NCBI GenBank assembly: GCA_030540615.1
Contig: JAUNVX010000010.1
Location: forward strand, 1-34,957
Reading direction: 5' to 3'
Length of the DNA stretch: 34,957 nt
Origin: Psychrobacter sp.
Lineage (GTDB): Bacteria > Pseudomonadota > Gammaproteobacteria > Pseudomonadales > Moraxellaceae
The notes under the pieces are model-generated. The model was not told where the DNA came from and ran no database searches. It saw only the letters and a program-made list of their open reading frames with translations. Positions 29,082-34,957 of this stretch are shown piece by piece. The translations under genes were made by a program, and so were the position numbers. Each line of letters opens with the position of its first letter. Position 1 is the stretch's first letter.

Positions 29082-30251
29082 TTAGCGCTCGCCCATCCCT
29101 TCTGATAAAGTTTTGGTTATTGGCTTGGTGAGATAAGACAATACAGTACGCTGCATCGCTTTGATATCGACTGAGGCTGTCATGCCGGGCTTAATAACAA
29201 TTTCATCGCCGCGGCCTTTAAACTCCGCCCCTGTGATAATCACTTGAACTCGGTAATAAGGCTCATCGCCTTTAGGTGTCTTCTCCATCAGCGTATCAGG
29301 ACTTATATAACTCACCTTACCATTCATCGCACCAAAGATAGAATAATCATAAGAGTCTAGCTTGACTGTCGCATCCTGGCCTTCTTTGACATAAGCAATA
29401 TCAGCTGGCTTAACCTTTGCTTCAACGATTAAATCACTACTGGTTGGCAGTATCTCTAAGATTACTTCACCCGGCTTGACCACCCCGCCAATAGTGGTGA
29501 TATTAATATTTTTTATCTTACCATTGGTCGGCGCCATTAAGCGTTTCTCGTGGAGGACTTGCGCTCTATCCCTCAGTTGCTCAAGCTCTGTATCCAAATC
29601 CTCTTGGGCTTTGGTCATGTCTGCTTGAGCCTCTTCAAAGTACTTGTTCCGCTTATTGTTAATTTGAGCTTCGATGTCGGCGACTTGACGACGTAGTTTG
29701 ATAACATCTGCCTGACTGACATCGCCATACTCTAATAAAGGCTCATTCATCGCCAGCTCTTTTTTGGCCAGCTCTAACATCTTCTCTAAAGAGGCGACGT
29801 CTTCATGAATAGCCTGACGGCGACGGTTGTATAGTTCAGTTTGGTTTTGTACATACTCTGAGTACTTTTGAACCTCTTCTGGGAATTTAAGCGGTTTATC
29901 AAAGATTTCCGCATTGAGCCGTGCTAACTGGGCTTTTAAAGCCGCCACTTTAGAAGCTGAATTGTCCACGGCTGCCTGAGCACGTTCTTCTTCTAATATG
30001 ACCAGTAATTGACCTTTTTTAACATCTTCACCTTCTTTGACGGCAATCTCTGTTAATACTCCGCCGTCAGAGGCCTGAATCTCTTGGGTTCTAGCGCTAG
30101 CGATAACGGTTGCTTTGGCCCGAGTAACTTGATCAATCTCAGCAAAAGATGCCCAAACAATCAAAACAATAAGACCAATGAGAGCAATCCAAATTGTAAT
30201 TCTCGCTCGAGCTACCTTGGGCTTGGTCGGGTTATACTTATACTCTGCCAT
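29082..30251 (-). CDS. Type I secretion periplasmic adaptor (HlyD family)
   Basis: N-terminal TM, WASFAEIDQVTRA, lipoyl half-motifs (GGVL.EI.VKEGE.V.KGQLL; APTNG), GGVVKPGE and IKPGMTASVDI...RTVLSYLTKPI. Confidence 0.94.
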   Translation of the reverse strand: MAEYKYNPTKPKVARARITIWIALIGLIVLIVWASFAEIDQVTRAKATVIASARTQEIQASDGGVLTEIAVKEGEDVKKGQLLVILEEERAQAAVDNSASKVAALKAQLARLNAEIFDKPLKFPEEVQKYSEYVQNQTELYNRRRQAIHEDVASLEKMLELAKKELAMNEPLLEYGDVSQADVIKLRRQVADIEAQINNKRNKYFEEAQADMTKAQEDLDTELEQLRDRAQVLHEKRLMAPTNGKIKNINITTIGGVVKPGEVILEILPTSSDLIVEAKVKPADIAYVKEGQDATVKLDSYDYSIFGAMNGKVSYISPDTLMEKTPKGDEPYYRVQVIITGAEFKGRGDEIVIKPGMTASVDIKAMQRTVLSYLTKPITKTLSEGMGER

Positions 30252-30253
30252 AC

Positions 30254-32908
30254 CTAATTACCTTCCTGCTTATTTTGATCGCCCGAGGATTGGTTTGTCG
30301 TAGCGGGGATTATTTTTATTTGACGTTTTATGGCAACTTGCGGTGGCTTGGCATCGGTTGCTGTAGCATCTGTCTGGCTGCTAGCATTGGTGCCGCTTGG
30401 CTGAATAGCTGTTGCCGAACTAGACAAACTGTCTGTAGCCTTATCGCCATTTGTAGAGGCCGAGACTGATGGCTCTACCCCACTGGTGCTAGTCGGGGTA
30501 ATTTTGATTTGTCGTTTAACCACCGTTTGGCTTACGCTACTAGTACCAGCACTTCCATTACCAGCGCCTTGACTGTTAGGGGTATTGCCAGCATACGGTC
30601 TATTAGGCGTCTCAGGACCTTTAGGGTCGTTAGTTGGATTATTAGGTGGTCCACCATTTGGCTCATTAGGCGTGACGGGAGGCTCGGCTTTATTCTCTAC
30701 CCCAGCTTGTGCGGCGGCCAGCTGTTGCTGTTTGGCATTCTCGTTTTTCATCAGCTCGTTTAATACCGCTTGTTTAGGACCATCCATCACAATGCGTTGA
30801 TTGTCCATGATAATAAGGCGGTCGACCAAGTCAAGCAGCGCCGTCTTATGAGTTGAGACGATGAAGGTCTGACCTTCTTTTAGCTCATGGTGCAGCACAT
30901 GCAAGCAGCGCTGCTCCTGACGGTTGTCCATAGAAGCGGTCGGCTCATCTAATAAGAACACATTGGGCTTGGTCAATAACAACCGAGTAAATGCCACCAA
31001 TTGCTTTTGACCCCCAGAGAGTCCTCGGCCCCCTTCACTAATAGGCAAATCCAAACCGCTTGAGTGGCTGGCGACCAAGTTTATTAGACCCGTTTTTTGT
31101 AGTGCTTCATGAAGTACATCGTCGTCTGGTGCGGCCATGCCGATTAATAGGTTCTCTCTTAGCGTACCCTGAAATAGCCGATGGTCTTGTTGCAAATAGC
31201 CAATGCGCTCACTCAGAGTCTCCCGGCTTATCTGCTGGATATCCAGACCATCTAGTAGTATCCGTCCTTGCGTGGGCCCATAAAGTCCCGCCAATAGTTT
31301 GAGCAGCGTTGACTTACCAGAGCCGATAGGGCCTAAGATAGCGATACGCTCCCCTGGCCGAATCACAAGCTTAGGCACGGTCACGGCTGGGCGGTCATTG
31401 TTTTGATAATTAAATACCAAATCATCACACTGATACCAACCATTGATTTTGGTGGGGGATAAGGGATGGCTGACCCCATGATTGTCCTGCTCTAAATCAA
31501 AGAGCGATTCGATATTACGCTTTGCGGCTTTGGCATGAGCATATTGAACCAAAATATTAGGGATAGACATCACAGGGGCTAACACTCGCCCGCCTAAGAT
31601 AGAACAGGCAATCAGGCCACCCATGGTCATCTCACCACTAATGACCACAAAGGAGCCGACGATGACGATACCTACATAACTGATTTGTTGCAGCATTTGG
31701 GTGAAGTAGCTTAGATTGTCATTGGCATGCTTCATGTCTAAATCATTCTTGATGGTGATGTCCATGACATCAAGCCAACGAGATAGAAACTTCCAACTGC
31801 CCGCTCCAGCCTTGATTGTCTCAACCCCTTCGACAGCCTCAACCAATAGCCCTGTCTTATAATAAGACGCACTAGCGCCCTCTGCCGCGATAATGTCAAT
31901 CCGCTTTCGAGCATATAGTCCCATTGAGACCGCTATAATCGCTGCGATGACCGGCACCAAGGCCACAAAAGGCGAGCCAATAAACGCCATCAAGCCAATG
32001 AAAATAAAGGTCATTGGCAAATCGACCAGGCCAAATAAGGTACTGGCGGTAAAGAAGCTTCTCACTTGCTCATAGCCTCTAAGCTGGGCGGCCATAGAGC
32101 CAACAGAGCCTGGCATTTGATCAATCCTGACCCGAAGCAAGCGCTGAAATACCTCTCTGGAGAGATATTGATCTAGTCCTACCACCACTTTATCCATAAT
32201 ACGTGAGCGTGCAAACTTCATAAAAGCTTCGAATAGGATAATCAGCGCCACCCCACTCGCTAAGATAATCAAGGTATATTCACTTCGGGTGGGAATAACT
32301 CGATCATAGACCTGCATAGAAAACAGCGATACGGCTAAGGCCAGTAAGTTAATGACGAATGAAGCAATGACCGCTTCAAAGACAATGGCTTTATAATTGG
32401 ATAAATTAGATTTGAGTAAATCAGAGAAACTGGCTTTGCGTTTTTTGATATGGTCATCTTTGAGGCGAATCCGCAAGACAATGGCCAGCTCTTGCGTTCG
32501 CGTTTGGGTCTGACGCGCCTCTTGCTTAAAGTTCCAATGACCTTGTGGCGTTTGCCCATCAATGACCCCCCAACCTAAGTCCTGACGATAAGCCAATAAT
32601 GGCAAAAACGCTGGGTCAGGCTGCTCTAATATCTCCGGCATATCATCTACGCCTAGCCCATTTAAGACCGCGATAACACCACCCAGGGTGTTGATACTTT
32701 GACTGCTGTCCATCGCGGCTGTTTTGGTATGGCGAATGATAATCTCTTGTAGCCTAATATTATCGACCGGATAGCCTTGTTGGCTCAACAGATGACGAAG
32801 CGCATCTGCCAACGTTTGAGCAAGTTCAGGCTGATCAAAGGCAGCTTCAAGCTCACCTGCCAACATCCCATCTTTACCTAAATTTATATTGTCGCTCATA
32901 GTTATCAC
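30254..32908 (-). CDS. Type I secretion ABC permease/ATPase (LssB/LapB-like)
   Basis: N-terminal C39-like region, LFSMQVYDRVIP TM domain, Walker A GPIGSGKST, signature LSGGQKQ, Walker B LLDEPT and H-loop STH. Alternative start at 32899. Confidence 0.94.
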   Translation of the reverse strand: MITMSDNINLGKDGMLAGELEAAFDQPELAQTLADALRHLLSQQGYPVDNIRLQEIIIRHTKTAAMDSSQSINTLGGVIAVLNGLGVDDMPEILEQPDPAFLPLLAYRQDLGWGVIDGQTPQGHWNFKQEARQTQTRTQELAIVLRIRLKDDHIKKRKASFSDLLKSNLSNYKAIVFEAVIASFVINLLALAVSLFSMQVYDRVIPTRSEYTLIILASGVALIILFEAFMKFARSRIMDKVVVGLDQYLSREVFQRLLRVRIDQMPGSVGSMAAQLRGYEQVRSFFTASTLFGLVDLPMTFIFIGLMAFIGSPFVALVPVIAAIIAVSMGLYARKRIDIIAAEGASASYYKTGLLVEAVEGVETIKAGAGSWKFLSRWLDVMDITIKNDLDMKHANDNLSYFTQMLQQISYVGIVIVGSFVVISGEMTMGGLIACSILGGRVLAPVMSIPNILVQYAHAKAAKRNIESLFDLEQDNHGVSHPLSPTKINGWYQCDDLVFNYQNNDRPAVTVPKLVIRPGERIAILGPIGSGKSTLLKLLAGLYGPTQGRILLDGLDIQQISRETLSERIGYLQQDHRLFQGTLRENLLIGMAAPDDDVLHEALQKTGLINLVASHSSGLDLPISEGGRGLSGGQKQLVAFTRLLLTKPNVFLLDEPTASMDNRQEQRCLHVLHHELKEGQTFIVSTHKTALLDLVDRLIIMDNQRIVMDGPKQAVLNELMKNENAKQQQLAAAQAGVENKAEPPVTPNEPNGGPPNNPTNDPKGPETPNRPYAGNTPNSQGAGNGSAGTSSVSQTVVKRQIKITPTSTSGVEPSVSASTNGDKATDSLSSSATAIQPSGTNASSQTDATATDAKPPQVAIKRQIKIIPATTNQSSGDQNKQEGN

Positions 32909-32958
32909 TTATTTATACTTATTTGATTGGCCACCATGGCTAAGACTATATTAACAAG

Positions 32959-34581
32959 TTACTTAATTATCTTAACAGGGATACTGGTGTCGCTCTGATT
33001 GGTGGCAGGCTGGCTAGGGATAGCTCGATTGGACAGCGGCGCATCGTCCTTGGCCTCTTTAATAGGGATAATATTATCCTCATCATTAATCAAAATCATC
33101 TCACCACGGTCTAGACTCTCCTGCGCTCCTGCGGGCAATCGTACTTCCACATACGGCTCGTCACTATCGACCTGATAGCCAAGCTGCCGCTGACTGTAAA
33201 CGGCGTCTTGTTTTTTGAGCCATTGCTTAACGGGATCGCTTGGTCTAAATAACTGCACTGGCTGACGGTTATGTGCGAACTGTTGCCAAGGCATAAGCCC
33301 AAAAGCGACCTGAAGCTTATAAAACGACCCTAAGATATCCGCTCGTGTCTGCACCAGCTGAGTCTGATAGTCACTGTGCTCACGCACGGCATTGAGTACC
33401 TCTAGCCATGACTTCCTACCCGCGATGAACTGACGGCGATAGGAGCTAACGACAATCTGGGCGCCAGCCACCGCCGCGATAAGAGAGTTCTCACGGTCTT
33501 TGGCACTCGCAAATTGCTGATACTGGACTTGGATATCTTCCATCACACTTCGCCTAGCTGCCTCTTGATTCTGAACTAGGCTGTTAACCCTAGCCTCCGA
33601 AGCGCGCGCTAAAGCCAAATTTGAAAATCCTGCGCCTGGGTCATAGCTGAGGCCTAATGAGAACTTGCCATCGTTTTCATTGTCTTTATGATAGTAGGCG
33701 TGTTGATATTGAGCATAGACGGTGGGATAACGAGAAGCCTGCTGCGCTTCAACCTCTTGTTTAGCAGATTCAATCTGAAAGTGCTCTTTGACCACGGTAG
33801 GGTTATAAAAGCTGGCTTTGTTAAACGCCATTTGCTCAAATCCAGCCGATTGCTGTTTGGCCTGAGCCACGAGGATTTCGATATTAGGAACCGTTAACGC
33901 ACTGTTTTGGGATAATGGTTGGCCAATGATTTGCTCAAGCCTCGCCGCCGCGATACGTTGCTGCTCTGCGGCCGCTTGATAAGCATTTTGCTCTTGCAAT
34001 ATTCGATTGGTGACTAGGTCTAACTCAATTCGTGCTGATACGCCCTGATTGACTCGCCGCTGCATCATGGCCTCAAACTCATTGAGCTGATCAAGATTAT
34101 TTAAATTGACGCGCTGTTTGGCTACTGCCGTAATATAGCTTTGCCAAGCTTCAATAGTGGTAATGGCCACTTGGTTTTGTTGCTCATAGACATGCTCAAT
34201 AGCCGCTTTGTCATCAAAGATGGCCTGATTGACATTGGCAGTAAGCTTGCCCCCTGTCCACAAAGGCTGACGAATGACGATTTGTGAGACCAAGTCATCA
34301 TCTTTGTCATAGCCTGAGGTGATACTGGGGGTCGGTAGTAGACCAAGCTTGGCCGCATTAATCCCTTCTGTCGTTGCCTGCTGCTCAGCACGCGCCGATC
34401 CTACTAAAGGGTGGGTTTGGATTGCCTGAGAGATAAGGGCATTAATCTGGACATCACTTAGGGCAGCATGGGAATAACTACATAGACCTATACAAGCTAT
34501 GACACAGCTTTGAATCAGCGATTTCACCATACGATTTTTTTGATTTCGGTTTTGATTATTTTGATAGATTCTTAAAATCAT
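32959..34581 (-). CDS. Type I secretion outer-membrane channel (TolC family, LapE/AggA-like)
   Basis: Signal peptide, AIQTHP, RQPLWTGGK, YPTV and SY.RQF.AGRKSWLEVLNAVRE. First gene of the TolC-ABC-HlyD operon. Alternative start at 34530. Confidence 0.9.
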   Translation of the reverse strand: MILRIYQNNQNRNQKNRMVKSLIQSCVIACIGLCSYSHAALSDVQINALISQAIQTHPLVGSARAEQQATTEGINAAKLGLLPTPSITSGYDKDDDLVSQIVIRQPLWTGGKLTANVNQAIFDDKAAIEHVYEQQNQVAITTIEAWQSYITAVAKQRVNLNNLDQLNEFEAMMQRRVNQGVSARIELDLVTNRILQEQNAYQAAAEQQRIAAARLEQIIGQPLSQNSALTVPNIEILVAQAKQQSAGFEQMAFNKASFYNPTVVKEHFQIESAKQEVEAQQASRYPTVYAQYQHAYYHKDNENDGKFSLGLSYDPGAGFSNLALARASEARVNSLVQNQEAARRSVMEDIQVQYQQFASAKDRENSLIAAVAGAQIVVSSYRRQFIAGRKSWLEVLNAVREHSDYQTQLVQTRADILGSFYKLQVAFGLMPWQQFAHNRQPVQLFRPSDPVKQWLKKQDAVYSQRQLGYQVDSDEPYVEVRLPAGAQESLDRGEMILINDEDNIIPIKEAKDDAPLSNRAIPSQPATNQSDTSIPVKIIK

Positions 34582-34690
34582 CTATGGACTTATCCTCTAA
34601 AGATAGTACAAATTAAACTCACTCAAGCAAGCCCTTAATAGCGAGGATAGCTAGCAATCCTAATGAGTAGACTGTCTCAGGCTAATCTCG

Positions 34691-34713
34691 CTTATTACTT
34701 ATTACTTATTACT
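34691..34713. repeat. Perfect heptanucleotide repeat (CTTATTA)x3
   Basis: cttattacttattacttattact upstream of the TolC-family gene. Confidence 0.75.
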
Positions 34714-34957
34714 GACTATCTGATGGCCCTACTGCCTTATTAATCTATGAGCTTGTCACTTAAAATCCTGTTTACTCTAGGCGGGTCAACTGCCCTACTA
34801 GCATTGCCCTATTTTGCAAATATCCTCTGGTCTTATAGCCAAATCTTATATCTTTTAAATTTATAGCTTGCCATTTACTATCATTATTATTAACAAACGT
34901 CCACTTTTAATGCTGATTTTAATCTTAATTGAAACTCGCTCATACCTTACCATATTT

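Overview
A mostly housekeeping and cell-envelope chromosomal window from a gammaproteobacterium. Gene content and order (argC-DUF6776-clpS, obgE-proB, long-type GAPDH, MFS-coq7, very long TamA) suggest Moraxellaceae, probably Psychrobacter; this is inference. Minus strand: clpS, a DUF6776-like membrane protein, argC, hemE, proB, obgE, gap, a lipocalin, a MutT/TMP-TENI fusion, tamB, tamA and a TolC-ABC-HlyD type I secretion operon whose cargo is not in the window. Plus strand: a 54-aa hemP gene missed by the ORF track, behind a strong Fur box, then an LplT-like MFS transporter, coq7, a secreted TPR-like protein and a lipoprotein alpha/beta-hydrolase. I see no mobile element, CRISPR array, tRNA or rRNA, and I cannot claim a clearly new system. 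The best leads are a candidate switch-like structured leader before the DUF6776 gene, the orphan Fur-hemP unit, a duplicated KRQIKI motif in the T1SS ABC tail, an enlarged TamA/TamB pair with an internal TamB duplication, and pervasive degenerate micro-tandem repeats that inflate proteins and intergenic DNA.
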